Positions 54,034-64,000 of a stretch of 64,000 nt of DNA are shown here, piece after piece. The stretch's first letter is position 1; each line of letters starts with the position of its first letter. The notes beneath the pieces were generated by a model. It was not told the origin of the DNA, did no database searches, and worked only from the letters and a program-made list of their open reading frames with translations. Both the position numbers and the translations under genes were made by a program. Source of the DNA: an uncultured virus (IMG/VR IMGVR_UViG_3300009509_000019) (Duplodnaviria > Heunggongvirae > Uroviricota > Caudoviricetes); the IMG/VR virus record IMGVR_UViG_3300009509_000019. The stretch is one strand, 5' to 3'.

Positions 54034-55084
54034 TACCAGTAAATACTCCGACTCCGCATACGCTCAGGGTCAGCTCATGCAGAAGTGGGGCAAGGAGATA
54101 TACGAGACTGGTCAGCAGCAATGGCAGCAGATTCGTGACTGGGGCGGAGGCTTCATGTCAAAGGTCATGCCTGCCATGGAAGACATGTTCCAGTGGGCCG
54201 ACGAAGCCAAGCAGCGATATGAGAATCTCACGATGCCTCAGATCGAGAGCTTGTTCAAAGAGGCCGACACCTACGCATCCAAAGCCGAGGAGAATCGCCA
54301 GCGAGCTGCTGCAGTCCAAGATGTATCCAACGCTATGGAGGCTCAGCGAGCCGCTCACGAGCGCAGGTTGAGAGCCTATGGTTCTGACCCATCCGAGATT
54401 TCAGACCAAGCCTTGGACAAGCAGGGCGGCATCACGCAGGCTGCAGCGAGTGCTCTGGCAGCCAACCAAGCAGGTGAGCGAACGAAAGAGATTGGCCGGA
54501 ACCTCCGGAACCAAGCTATCGGAGTGGGCCAAGGGTTCGCTAACCAGTATGCACAAGGCACCATGCAGGGTGCTGGGCTTGGTGCTCAAGGTATTGGCAC
54601 TTACACCGGCGCAGCACAGACCGGCATGGGGTTATCCGGACAGGCCATGCCCTACATGGGTGGTGCGTATCAAGGCTTTGACCTTGGCGCAGGCATTGTG
54701 GACACGGCCTATGGCCGCGAGCTTCAGGCTACTGAGCTGTCCAATGCTGCTCAAGCTCAGAACTTCAGCCAGATGATGCAGGTCGGCCAGAGCGTAGGCG
54801 GCATGATCCCCGGCATGGCTGAGGGTGGCCCCGTGTTAGGGCCCGGTGGCCCGACAGATGATGCAGGAGCTATCGCCATCAGTGACGGAGAGTATGTCAT
54901 ACCGGCTGATGTTGTCAGGAAGCTGGGAACAAACTACTTCGACAAGATGATCGAGAAAGAGACAGGCAGACCGCCGCCCGCCGTAAAAGAGGCGCTACCC
55001 ATTCCGGGCCAGCAGAAGCAAGCGGCAATGTCACAACCACAGCCACAGATGGCAAACCAGCCAGAAGCTGGTGTACTGAGGTAA
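54002..55084 (+). CDS. Internal virion / DNA ejection protein
   Basis: MG.KGPPPPPD start, Gln/Ala/Gly-rich helices, GG.V.GPG..T.D....SDGEYVIPADVV module. Confidence 0.75.
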   Translation: MGAKGPPPPPDTSKYSDSAYAQGQLMQKWGKEIYETGQQQWQQIRDWGGGFMSKVMPAMEDMFQWADEAKQRYENLTMPQIESLFKEADTYASKAEENRQRAAAVQDVSNAMEAQRAAHERRLRAYGSDPSEISDQALDKQGGITQAAASALAANQAGERTKEIGRNLRNQAIGVGQGFANQYAQGTMQGAGLGAQGIGTYTGAAQTGMGLSGQAMPYMGGAYQGFDLGAGIVDTAYGRELQATELSNAAQAQNFSQMMQVGQSVGGMIPGMAEGGPVLGPGGPTDDAGAIAISDGEYVIPADVVRKLGTNYFDKMIEKETGRPPPAVKEALPIPGQQKQAAMSQPQPQMANQPEAGVLR

Positions 55085-55094
55085 GGAGAGCTCA

Positions 55095-56867
55095 ATGGTT
55101 TGGGGAGTAATAGCTGGTCTGGGCCCGGGCATGATGGAGCGTAGGGAATCTGATGAGAAGATTGCCTCGTCCAAGTCGAAGCGCACTATTGCCGAAGCAA
55201 AAGAAGGACGCGAAGCCAAGAAGTTTGATTGGTGGCAAAAGCAAGCTGACATGATTGGTCAGCGTCCCATGGATATGTACCAAGAAGGGCGTAGAGCTGT
55301 TGATGATCCGCAGCTGTGGGCACAGTGGTACGGTACGCAACAGTCTATCAACAACGTCCTTCCCGCTATTGGTGCCATTAACCAGATGCCATACCAGATG
55401 CCCATGCAGCAAGGTGGGCCACCTGCCGGTGCTCTACCCGGCACGGGCGAAGCGGCAAATCCTGAGTACGATCCTAACCAGTACAACACTTTCGAGCCTA
55501 CCAGCGTGAGTGCCGGTGGGTATCAGAACGCCCCGGGCGCTGCCGATGGTGGGCCAATCCAAGTACCGGCTCAGCAGGCGCTACCGGCACAGCCGCAAGC
55601 ACAGCCAGCTCAGATGCCTCCGCAACAGGAGATGCCCTCTCGTCGTGAACGTTACAACGAGTGGTACGGCAAGATGGAACGGATGTCGTTCCTCAATGGC
55701 GGCATGGAGGGGCTGTCCCAGTTCCGTGAAATGGAAGATGCTACGTCCCGCAGGCAGGCGCTTGGATATGCACAGCAGTCAGCCACGGCGATGAATGAAG
55801 GCATGGTTGGAGAAGCCATGCGTCTCGGTAACAGTGCTCTTGAATCGTTGTCCTTCGATAGCGGCATGGAGTTCGTAGCACAGGATGGCAAGCTGCACCT
55901 CAAAGGCAGGGACGGCTCGCTCAGTGGTGAACTGAAGACACAAGACCTCATGGGTTTCGTTGACCAGTACATGAAGACGCCCGAGCAGTACCTTGATTGG
56001 AAGAAAGCTGAGGAGACGCAGCGTTCCAACGAGGCTAACGAGGCATTGCGTGGCCGCGAAGCTGCTGTCTCTGAGCGTCAGATGACGCTGGATGAGGAGC
56101 TGGAACCGAGAAAGACTGCGGCAACAGAGGCTACGGCTCTTGCCGCCCTACGTAACTCTGACGCTGCTCTTGCCCGTGCGATGGACTCATCAGGTGACTA
56201 TGGGTGGGACGCTAACAATGCTTTGAGGATTGGTCAGCAGGTGCTGGACTGGTCGCTCAATGACTTTACTGGGTTGTCTGACGAAGTAGATGATTACTAC
56301 GACGACAACCAGCAGGAGTTCGCCAACCTGAAATCTGGTGTTGCCCAGATCATGGTGTCAAACCCGTTCGACGAGAAGACTCAGTCTGGGTATGTCGATC
56401 CTGATTTGGCAGCGACTGTGTACCAGCTGATTACGCTGCCCGGTGGTATGGACATGGGTGGACAGAGCATCAAAGTAGGCAGCCATCCGGATGCTCCCGG
56501 CGAGGTATTTGCTACCTACGAAGGGAAGACCATCAGGCTGCCGCCACAGCTGCACGATAAGGCAAGAGCGTTGAACCCTGAAGCATTCAAGCAACAGGGG
56601 GCTCTGCCCGGAGCTAACACTCAAACCAATCCTTCTGGCGGGGTAACACAAAGCGATTCTGCTGGCGGGGAAACACAAAGCAGCCTTATGAAGTTTAGCC
56701 GCGATCAGATCAGGAATATGGACGCCGCCCAAGTAATCCGAAGTGGCGAGACTTGGGCTAAAAATGGATTCGACGTACAGGATGTCGTAGACAAAATTAT
56801 AGCTCGCGGAGCTACTAGCCCCCTCGAACGTAAACAAATGCAAGAGATGCTTGATGGATTAAGTTGA
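55095..56867 (+). CDS. Internal virion / DNA ejection protein
   Basis: 590 aa, Gln/Pro-rich; lies between two other ejection genes. Confidence 0.65.
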   Translation: MVWGVIAGLGPGMMERRESDEKIASSKSKRTIAEAKEGREAKKFDWWQKQADMIGQRPMDMYQEGRRAVDDPQLWAQWYGTQQSINNVLPAIGAINQMPYQMPMQQGGPPAGALPGTGEAANPEYDPNQYNTFEPTSVSAGGYQNAPGAADGGPIQVPAQQALPAQPQAQPAQMPPQQEMPSRRERYNEWYGKMERMSFLNGGMEGLSQFREMEDATSRRQALGYAQQSATAMNEGMVGEAMRLGNSALESLSFDSGMEFVAQDGKLHLKGRDGSLSGELKTQDLMGFVDQYMKTPEQYLDWKKAEETQRSNEANEALRGREAAVSERQMTLDEELEPRKTAATEATALAALRNSDAALARAMDSSGDYGWDANNALRIGQQVLDWSLNDFTGLSDEVDDYYDDNQQEFANLKSGVAQIMVSNPFDEKTQSGYVDPDLAATVYQLITLPGGMDMGGQSIKVGSHPDAPGEVFATYEGKTIRLPPQLHDKARALNPEAFKQQGALPGANTQTNPSGGVTQSDSAGGETQSSLMKFSRDQIRNMDAAQVIRSGETWAKNGFDVQDVVDKIIARGATSPLERKQMQEMLDGLS

Positions 56868-59800
56868 TGTCAGTAGACCCTCGACAACTCGATCCTAACA
56901 AGTTCTCTTGGTCATCTAACGATTACGCTCCTGACACACCCACCGCTGAACCGTTACAAGACCTAGAAGCACAGCTTGGCGACCTCACTTCCGACAGTGA
57001 GCGTCGTGCTGTCTACTATTCTCCTGCCCAGAAGCAATACCCTGACCCGCCGAAAGGGGCAATCGTTATCGAGGACTTCGATAACAAAGGCGGCGTTCTT
57101 GTCACAAAAGATTTAGAGACTGCAGACTACGCTTTGGCACAGCAAAGTGCTGGGCGTGACATGCAGGAAATCCTTGGCGAACTGACCTTGGCTGGGTCAG
57201 GTAAGCCCAACATACCTGACGATCAAGCTCTTGTAGTTCAGAAGCAGACACCTGACGGTGCCGTGCAAAGAGAGTCTGTGGTCGCCACACCGGAAGAAGC
57301 AGCAGCCCTGCAAATAGAATGGGGCGAAGGCACTGTCATCACTGGTGTTCCAGATGCAGTGAAGCGTCGTGAGCAGCTGATCCAAGGAGCTGCCAGAGAC
57401 GCAAACCTTAGTGCCCAGCTCGTCGCTAACGTCATGACTCAAGAGTCAGGAGGGCACCAATACGCACGATCAGGGGCCGGAGCCATAGGCTTGATGCAAC
57501 TCATGGAGGGCACCGCTGAGGATCTCGGTGTTGACCCTTACGATGCTGAGCAGAACGTTAAGGGAGGTACTCGCTATCTCCGTCAGATGCTTGACAAGTA
57601 CGACCAAGATCTTGACAAGGCACTGGCAGCATACAACTGGGGACAAGGCAACCTCGATAAGTTGTTGGAGTCGAAAGGTGAGGAGTGGAAAGCCCATTTG
57701 CCTGAGGAGACGGCTAACTACGTAGCAAAGCTGGGTGGCGGCGGCATTGTAGGTAAGCAGCGGGCCGCACTGGTAGACCCCGGCGAAATGTACCATCCAA
57801 CTCGTGAGAGCATGGATAAAGCCTCTCGCCTCGCACAAGCAGTGCTTATCCCCGGCTTGCAGGATAGCCCTATTCTCCGTGAAGTTGACTGGGAGACGGC
57901 ACCGACTGGCCGACAAGCAGGCGGCACAAACGTACCTGTTACTCGTCTCGATCCTAATGGGTTCCAGTGGGCAGAGCCGCTAGAGCGTGCTGAACCTGAA
58001 GACGCTTATGGCTGGGGACACAGGAACGCTTGGATGCGTGGCTGGATACGCCTTGGTCAGATGATCGACATTGCCCAAGGGGATGTCGAGGAGTACACCG
58101 AAGGGGCTGAAGACCTTAAAAAGTACGGTGTCTCTGAAGAAGATCAGAAGCGTCTTGAGGAGCTGCAGCAGTCGGATGGCTTCTGGTCTGCTCTTGGGTA
58201 CTACATCAAGAACCCGTCACTGGCCATACAGGTGGTGCTCGAAAGTCTGCCCATGTCTATTGCACCGTTGCTCGGCGGTGCAGCTGGCGGTACGGCTGGT
58301 ACAGCCGTGGGCGGCCCTGTTGGTACGGTGCTTGGAACCATGGCCGGTGCCGGTGCTGGTTCGTTCGCTACGGAATACCTCGCCACATGGGATGAGGTGA
58401 TGCAGGAAGCGGGCATTGACCCGACTGATCCTGAGCAGGTCAAGCGAGCATTCAGTGATCCTGAGATCATTGAGAGAGCCAGAGAGATGGGCTCCAAGCG
58501 AGGCATCGGTGTAGCCGCGTTCGATGCTCTGTCTATGGGTATCGCTGGCCGCATCTACAAACCCCTCAAAGGGCTGGCTGGCCCGTTCCAGAAGACCGGT
58601 GCTGTCCTTGGCGGCACATCAGAGCTTGTTGCTCAGGGCGCTGCCGGTGCTCTTGGCGAAGCCTCGGCACAGCAACTGGCGGGACAAGAGTATGACCCCG
58701 CCGCAGTAGCAGGCGAGTTCGTTGGCGAACTCGTACCCGGCCTTGGCGAAATTGCTATCAACAAGATGCGCGGCCGTGACGCTGCTGGTAACAAGCCAGA
58801 AGATGACACGAACTTGGCAGCACGGGATGTACCCGAGCCAGAAGACACGGGGGCTGTGCCCCCAACCGGCGAGCCACCTGCTCCCGGTGCAGCACCGCCG
58901 AACCTCTCTGACATTGAGAAAGAAGCGGAAGATCAGAAGATCGAGCCTCCTCCTGAGTCTGAACAGGCGACGACACCTACCAAACCCCCTGAGACTGAAG
59001 CGCCTGTAACTCAGGAGGAGGCCGACATTGGTGCAGCACTCAAGGCAGCCGCCGAGAAGGAGGATGCCGAGGAGACTGCTCGCCTTGAGGCCAAGGAAGC
59101 TGAAGCGGCCACGGAAGAAGACTGGCCGATCATCACCATCAAGGACATGGGGCCAAAGCTGTCCAAGACCTTCGCCGCTCAGAAAGAAGCGGGGCCGGTA
59201 CGCAAGGCTTGGAAGGGTGTGGTTGAGGCCATCACCACTCGCTATGGCGACGTTGACCTGCCTTCTCCGAAGGGAGCTTTCTCTGGCAGAGGGCTGGCCA
59301 AGTTCTTCAAGGTGCTGCAGGAGCAGGTGGATGTAACCAAGGACATCCCTGAACTCAAGGAGCTGCTGACACAGATCAGCGGCGAGCAAACCCCAGCCGA
59401 CATCATCAAGGTACTCGATGGGCTGGCCGGTAAGATCAGAGACGAGACGCCGAGCCTTGGAGCGACAGCTGTTCCCGGCTCCGTGGCTGCTCAGGTGCAG
59501 TCTGAGTACAACAGCTTCGTCCCGTGGTTCAACAAGCATCGTGGTGAGTCAAAGGCCAAGGCGACTAAAGGGCGAGCCAATATCAAGGGCACGCCGAAGC
59601 GCATCTTTGCCGAGAAGCTGGGGCAGTTCACCGCCGCAGTTCGTGCGATGGTCTTGGAAGCAGAGAAGGCTGGCGTTATTGCCATGGAGGGATCCGGGTT
59701 AGCTGCTGATTACATGCAGTCCTTGGATGCAGCTGACCGAGCCATGAATGATGCCATGGCTCCGATGGAAAAGAAGACCAAGCTCAAGTCCGGTGAGGCA

Positions 59801-62800
59801 GGCAAGACCCTGACCATCAACTGGCGCTCCGATTCACTGGTGGGCATAGCAGAAGATGTTATTGCTATTGCTGAGAACCTGACACCAAAGCTCGCAGAGG
59901 CTGAACAGAAGGCTGAGAAGGCAAAAACAGCCAAGGGTAAGGCTAAGGTCGAGAAGACTTCGCCCGTTACAGAGGCTCCTGCGAAGCCGAAAAAAGCTGA
60001 AGCAGCCAAAAAAGTATCGAAAGCCAAGGCTGAAAAGAAAGCAGCCCCTGAGAAGCCCGCTGCCAAATCGTCTGAAGCCAAGGTAATTGAAGCACAGAAA
60101 GCTGTGAAGAAAGGCATGGATGTTAAGTCCATGCTTGAGCCGCCCGCTACCAGCAAGAAGAAAGTTGAAGTAGAAGGCGAGGCTCGTAGCTACAACGACC
60201 TGCGTAAGCGAGCCAAAGAGCTGGGCCTCAAGACCACTGGAAAGAAAGATGAGCTGGCCGCACGGGTACAAGAAGCTGAGAAGAACCCGAAGGCTGCTGC
60301 ACAAAAAGCCAAGGCCATCAAGGAGCAGGCCAAGGAAACAGAGCGTCAGAAGAAACTGGTGCCGAAGCGTTACCAAGGCAAAAAGTATTTCTTCCACGCT
60401 GTTCGCAATGACGAAGACATCGCAACCATCATTAAGGAAGGGTTGCGTCCCGGCACTAACGTAAGTCGTATCGGCGGCCAAGCGCTGAGTGGCGAAGGCG
60501 ATACCATTCTTGTCTTTGAAGGTAAGACAGATGAGAAGGGGTATCAGGACGACCAGCTTGCCAAGGGTGGTGAGCGTCCTATTGCCATCATCAAGGACAC
60601 TACCCTTGAGGAGCGCGAAGGGGATACGAGAACAGAGGACGACGTAAACGCACAAGCCACTGCTGTACTCGATGAAATATACGCTCTTGCCGATGAGTAT
60701 GGTGTAAGTGAAAAGGACGGGTTGAGCCTCGCTCTTGAGTACGATCCTGACATGCCGACACGTCCCATGGCAGAGATTCAGGCTGAGGGAGAGGCCATGG
60801 GCTTTACTCCCGCCGCAGTCAAGAAGATGAAGGCTCTCGGTGAGCGCTTTGCTGAAGCCAATAAAGCCATTGAACGTTTCGCTGTTGAAGAAGATGTAAC
60901 AACAGTTGAAGAAAAGGTTACTGAAGCTGACGTCCTGCAGCGATACCGTCAATACGGAGTCAGTGTCTACAGCACCAAGGGCACAAGGGTTAAGCCTGAC
61001 GTAGCTGGTGCCCACCCCGATGCTGTCTTCAACCCCGAACCCAAGAACCTTGTAGGGCCAGAGTCCCGAGAAGCTGCAAAATTAGTCGAGGCTAAAAACC
61101 TTGATGAGTCCTTGGAGCGGGCCGGTGTCAAGAAGGGAACAGTCAAAGTCCTCCGTGGTGTCAAGGATGTACTGACAGAGGAACAGTTCAATGGAGTCGT
61201 AGCAGCTGTCTACGACTTCATGAAGAACAAAGACATGGTGCGTGTTGCTGGCATGGTGCAGGAAGCCATCGGTAACAGTCCTGTTGCACCGCAGATCATG
61301 GAAGCTGTTGCTGACATGGCGCTGGCATTCGATGAAGCCAAGAGTGTCAGAGAGCAAGAACTTGCTGAGATCAAGGCCGAGGAGGAGATGCTCTGGGATG
61401 AGGACGAGCGAGAGATTCTCGGCCTCACCGGACAGTCGTTCGACGTTGACGATGAAGGCGGTGTCGATGAGTGGGGTGTCGGATGGGACGACAGGCTCCG
61501 CAACTTTGTCAACGCTACACTGGGCGAGGTCAATCCCGACCTGAGCCCTGCTGAAGCTCAGCGTTTGAAGATTGATCGCAGGATCATGAAGGGTGCGCTG
61601 GATAAGATTCGTGACCAGCTTGCTCGCATCACCAAGTCAGCAGAGAACCCCAACCCTGAGTCGATGTCGATGCAGGACTTGGTCAAGCTGATGATTAAAG
61701 CCCTGCCGCAGAACCATCGGTACACTCACCTGTTCAAGATGATCGCAGACTCTGACCTGCGTGATGTACAGGTCACCCTGACTGACAATGTGTTCGACCT
61801 TGATGAGTATGGAACCTCGGGCGGGCACTTCAGAAAGGGCGTGCATCCAGACGGCACAGTCAATCCAAAGGACAGCACTATCGAGGTGCTGTACGACCCA
61901 GAGAACCGTCCTGATAACAACTTCGTAAGAACACTACTGCATGAAATGCTACATGCAGTGACGACGTTTGCGTACAACACAGACCGGTACTTCCGTACGC
62001 ACATGGATACCCTGTGGTATCAGGCAGTACGTGCGTACGCTGACACCGACCCGAACTTCCCGATGAAGGAAGTCGATGCGAAACTTAACACCGACCCGAG
62101 CTCCGCGGTTGCTGCTGATATCATCGAGAGCTACTTCCGTAACCACGAAGATAAACGACTCATCAATACTTTCTACGGGCTCACTAAGCCTGAAGAAATG
62201 ATCGCTGAGTCGTTCACCAACCCCTACTTGCAGTCGTTCTTGGCTGAGACTCCTCTGAAGCAGGAACCCGGTCTGCAACCCAGTGTGTTCACACGGTTGA
62301 GTGCTCTCAAGCACAACCTCAAGACGCTGCTGGATGGGTTCATCCGTGGCATACAAAAACACCTCGGCATTTCCATCAGGAACTCTATCCTTGAGGAAGT
62401 GCTGTTGGCTACCACGTCCAACTTTGACAACTTCATCTCCTACTCGTTTGCTAACAGAGCCTTCAAGGTCAAGACAGCGATACTCAATCAGAAGATTGCT
62501 GAGCTTAATAACAGGCTATCAGTAGCTGACAAGAAGATGATACAAGATGCCATCGACAGGGATCCTGCGCTGGCACATCGTCTGCTTGAACGCTACCTGC
62601 AACTGAGAGAGGAGCCGAAGCGAGTTGTCGAGCAGACCCTGAGGTCAGCTACGACACCGACCAAGGAAGAAAAGAAGAAGGTCACACCGAAGTCCAACGT
62701 TGTTAACAACGTGGCGGATGCAGCTCGTGGGCGCAACAAGTACGTACGTGAGTCGTTGCAGTCACTTGCTCAAGCCCTGAAGGAGCTGCCCGAACGCACT

Positions 62801-64000
62801 AACCTTGGGTTCATGTCTCGTGACCAGATCGAACGTAAGTATCGTAGGCTGTTTGAGGTAGCGTCGAAGTCGGCTGGCATGTTGACCAGTCCTCTGACCA
62901 GATACATCAAGGCCAAGCAAGCAGCCAGTGTGCTGGCACGAGAGTATGCTGAGCGTGCTCACAAAGCCTTGTTGAAAGCACAGAAACTTGACCGCAAGGT
63001 ACGTAACAGGATGTACGCACTGATGCGTGATGCCACTATGTATGAGGTGTGGCCACACGTTAGCCTGCGTGACGACCTGAACGCTCACCTGTGGGGCAAG
63101 CCGAACAAGAAGACCGGCGTCAGTAAGATAAGCGAGAAGCTCAAGGACGCTGCGATCAAGGCACGCAAGGAGTATGCAGCTCTGGCAGAAGAAAGCCCGG
63201 AAGCTGCGGCGCTGTTCTTGGAGATGGCAAGCCTGACTAAAGAGATTCAGGATGCTAAGCGATCCAAGTCACTACGGTTGGTGGGTCAGACCCATGAGCT
63301 TGGCTCGGCTACCATCGAGAAGCTCGCCAGTGTCAAGACACTGAAAGACCTGCGCAAGATGTTCAAGGAAGCCTACGATGGCAAGGAGCTGATGGAGAAG
63401 GGCACGTACCCTGAGTCCATGGTTGCCAGTAAAGAGGAGAGCAAGGAAGACAAGAAAAAGAAGACTGAAGCTCGGGAGGAGTTCGATAAGATTCGTAGCA
63501 TCGCCCGTGCTGCCGAAGCAATCATGACCAACACGGCTGTACGTGGGCCGTACTTCCCGCTGCGTAGATATGGACACATTGTTGTGGCCAGTACCGCTGA
63601 GTGGAATGAAAACAACGAGCCATACGTTTCGTTCCATTCCAATAAGTGGGAAGCCAAACGTGTTCAAGCTGAACTGAAACGCAAGTTCAAGATGGACACC
63701 AAGCAGGCTACCAAGATTGAGTCCACGGCTCTGTCGCATGACATGGAATCTGTGGTATCTGAACTGAAGGCTCGCATCAAAGATGGTAGCGCAGGTATCC
63801 ATGCTCGTATCGACACAGCCTTGCTTGAGGTGCTGGCAGAGAACACAGCGTACGCAAGCGCACTCAAACGCTACGGTGTTGATGGTGTCGCTGCTGATGA
63901 TATGGGTCGCGCCTTTGAGGAGTATGTGTACGTAGCCAAGTACACGCTTGGTGACCTTGAGACTACGTATGAAATCTCTGAAGCCTTCAAAGACCTGCGC
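56867..64000 (+). CDS. Giant internal virion polyvalent protein (>2378 aa, 3'-truncated): lytic transglycosylase, SAP/HeH, ART-like, zincin, PLxRFG
   Basis: Absent from the ORF track, consistent with no stop before the edge. Spot translation in one frame gives QESGG..GAIGLMQLM..ALAAYNWG (~57440-57640), NDLRKRAKELGLKTTGKKDEL (~60190), FHAVR....IIKEGLRP (~60390), LLHEMLH (~61935), EEMIAESFTNP (~62190) and PYFPLRRYG (~63548). Confidence 0.9.
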   Translation, partial: MSVDPRQLDPNKFSWSSNDYAPDTPTAEPLQDLEAQLGDLTSDSERRAVYYSPAQKQYPDPPKGAIVIEDFDNKGGVLVTKDLETADYALAQQSAGRDMQEILGELTLAGSGKPNIPDDQALVVQKQTPDGAVQRESVVATPEEAAALQIEWGEGTVITGVPDAVKRREQLIQGAARDANLSAQLVANVMTQESGGHQYARSGAGAIGLMQLMEGTAEDLGVDPYDAEQNVKGGTRYLRQMLDKYDQDLDKALAAYNWGQGNLDKLLESKGEEWKAHLPEETANYVAKLGGGGIVGKQRAALVDPGEMYHPTRESMDKASRLAQAVLIPGLQDSPILREVDWETAPTGRQAGGTNVPVTRLDPNGFQWAEPLERAEPEDAYGWGHRNAWMRGWIRLGQMIDIAQGDVEEYTEGAEDLKKYGVSEEDQKRLEELQQSDGFWSALGYYIKNPSLAIQVVLESLPMSIAPLLGGAAGGTAGTAVGGPVGTVLGTMAGAGAGSFATEYLATWDEVMQEAGIDPTDPEQVKRAFSDPEIIERAREMGSKRGIGVAAFDALSMGIAGRIYKPLKGLAGPFQKTGAVLGGTSELVAQGAAGALGEASAQQLAGQEYDPAAVAGEFVGELVPGLGEIAINKMRGRDAAGNKPEDDTNLAARDVPEPEDTGAVPPTGEPPAPGAAPPNLSDIEKEAEDQKIEPPPESEQATTPTKPPETEAPVTQEEADIGAALKAAAEKEDAEETARLEAKEAEAATEEDWPIITIKDMGPKLSKTFAAQKEAGPVRKAWKGVVEAITTRYGDVDLPSPKGAFSGRGLAKFFKVLQEQVDVTKDIPELKELLTQISGEQTPADIIKVLDGLAGKIRDETPSLGATAVPGSVAAQVQSEYNSFVPWFNKHRGESKAKATKGRANIKGTPKRIFAEKLGQFTAAVRAMVLEAEKAGVIAMEGSGLAADYMQSLDAADRAMNDAMAPMEKKTKLKSGEAGKTLTINWRSDSLVGIAEDVIAIAENLTPKLAEAEQKAEKAKTAKGKAKVEKTSPVTEAPAKPKKAEAAKKVSKAKAEKKAAPEKPAAKSSEAKVIEAQKAVKKGMDVKSMLEPPATSKKKVEVEGEARSYNDLRKRAKELGLKTTGKKDELAARVQEAEKNPKAAAQKAKAIKEQAKETERQKKLVPKRYQGKKYFFHAVRNDEDIATIIKEGLRPGTNVSRIGGQALSGEGDTILVFEGKTDEKGYQDDQLAKGGERPIAIIKDTTLEEREGDTRTEDDVNAQATAVLDEIYALADEYGVSEKDGLSLALEYDPDMPTRPMAEIQAEGEAMGFTPAAVKKMKALGERFAEANKAIERFAVEEDVTTVEEKVTEADVLQRYRQYGVSVYSTKGTRVKPDVAGAHPDAVFNPEPKNLVGPESREAAKLVEAKNLDESLERAGVKKGTVKVLRGVKDVLTEEQFNGVVAAVYDFMKNKDMVRVAGMVQEAIGNSPVAPQIMEAVADMALAFDEAKSVREQELAEIKAEEEMLWDEDEREILGLTGQSFDVDDEGGVDEWGVGWDDRLRNFVNATLGEVNPDLSPAEAQRLKIDRRIMKGALDKIRDQLARITKSAENPNPESMSMQDLVKLMIKALPQNHRYTHLFKMIADSDLRDVQVTLTDNVFDLDEYGTSGGHFRKGVHPDGTVNPKDSTIEVLYDPENRPDNNFVRTLLHEMLHAVTTFAYNTDRYFRTHMDTLWYQAVRAYADTDPNFPMKEVDAKLNTDPSSAVAADIIESYFRNHEDKRLINTFYGLTKPEEMIAESFTNPYLQSFLAETPLKQEPGLQPSVFTRLSALKHNLKTLLDGFIRGIQKHLGISIRNSILEEVLLATTSNFDNFISYSFANRAFKVKTAILNQKIAELNNRLSVADKKMIQDAIDRDPALAHRLLERYLQLREEPKRVVEQTLRSATTPTKEEKKKVTPKSNVVNNVADAARGRNKYVRESLQSLAQALKELPERTNLGFMSRDQIERKYRRLFEVASKSAGMLTSPLTRYIKAKQAASVLAREYAERAHKALLKAQKLDRKVRNRMYALMRDATMYEVWPHVSLRDDLNAHLWGKPNKKTGVSKISEKLKDAAIKARKEYAALAEESPEAAALFLEMASLTKEIQDAKRSKSLRLVGQTHELGSATIEKLASVKTLKDLRKMFKEAYDGKELMEKGTYPESMVASKEESKEDKKKKTEAREEFDKIRSIARAAEAIMTNTAVRGPYFPLRRYGHIVVASTAEWNENNEPYVSFHSNKWEAKRVQAELKRKFKMDTKQATKIESTALSHDMESVVSELKARIKDGSAGIHARIDTALLEVLAENTAYASALKRYGVDGVAADDMGRAFEEYVYVAKYTLGDLETTYEISEAFKDLR

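Larger units (their letters stand above)
1..64000. mobile_element. Tailed dsDNA bacteriophage genome (podovirus-like), near complete, apparently circularly permuted
   Basis: Terminase, portal, scaffold, capsid, nozzle, fibres, ejection proteins and a replication module fill the window. No host housekeeping genes were seen. Confidence 0.97.

Noticed and set aside
57102..63867. Numerous short ORFs in the track on both strands (e.g. 58619-59539, 59834-61015)
   Set aside because: They are shadows of the single long plus-strand frame from 56867 and have no recognisable motifs.

Overview
This window holds most of one tailed dsDNA bacteriophage genome. It has podovirus-like architecture (portal, scaffold, HK97-type capsid, adaptor, nozzle, fibres and three internal/ejection proteins), and no tape measure or sheath gene was recognised. 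It looks circularly permuted. A giant injected polyvalent protein starts at 56867 and runs off the right edge, and what looks like its C-terminus occupies 1-1143. Minus-strand 1091-20832 is the early/replication arm: primase-helicase, SSB-like protein, SNF2 helicase, VRR-NUC, glycosyltransferase, exonuclease, family A DNA polymerase, CsrA, two Nmad5-like paralogs, DUF3150, metallopeptidase-vWA, MoxR-like ATPase and many small ORFs. This arm also contains an iteron-like AAATGTCA array with IHF-type sites (probable origin). Plus-strand 21389-64000 is packaging and morphogenesis, interrupted by a 6 kb inverted cassette of fibre-like genes (28521-34666). The most unusual observations are: a 105-aa miniature capsid paralog that also carries a terminase-like motif; a dispersed glycan-tailoring enzyme set with two sulfotransferases; the MoxR-vWA-DUF3150-Nmad5x2-CsrA run behind a perfect sigma70 promoter; overlapping divergent promoters between the inverted cassette and the portal; and three paralogous fibre-associated proteins ending in LSGKGK. 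I saw no integrase, reverse transcriptase, CRISPR array or tRNA. The host is probably a proteobacterium (inferred from CsrA, sigma70 promoters and IHF boxes). All family calls come from motif recognition by eye, not database searches.
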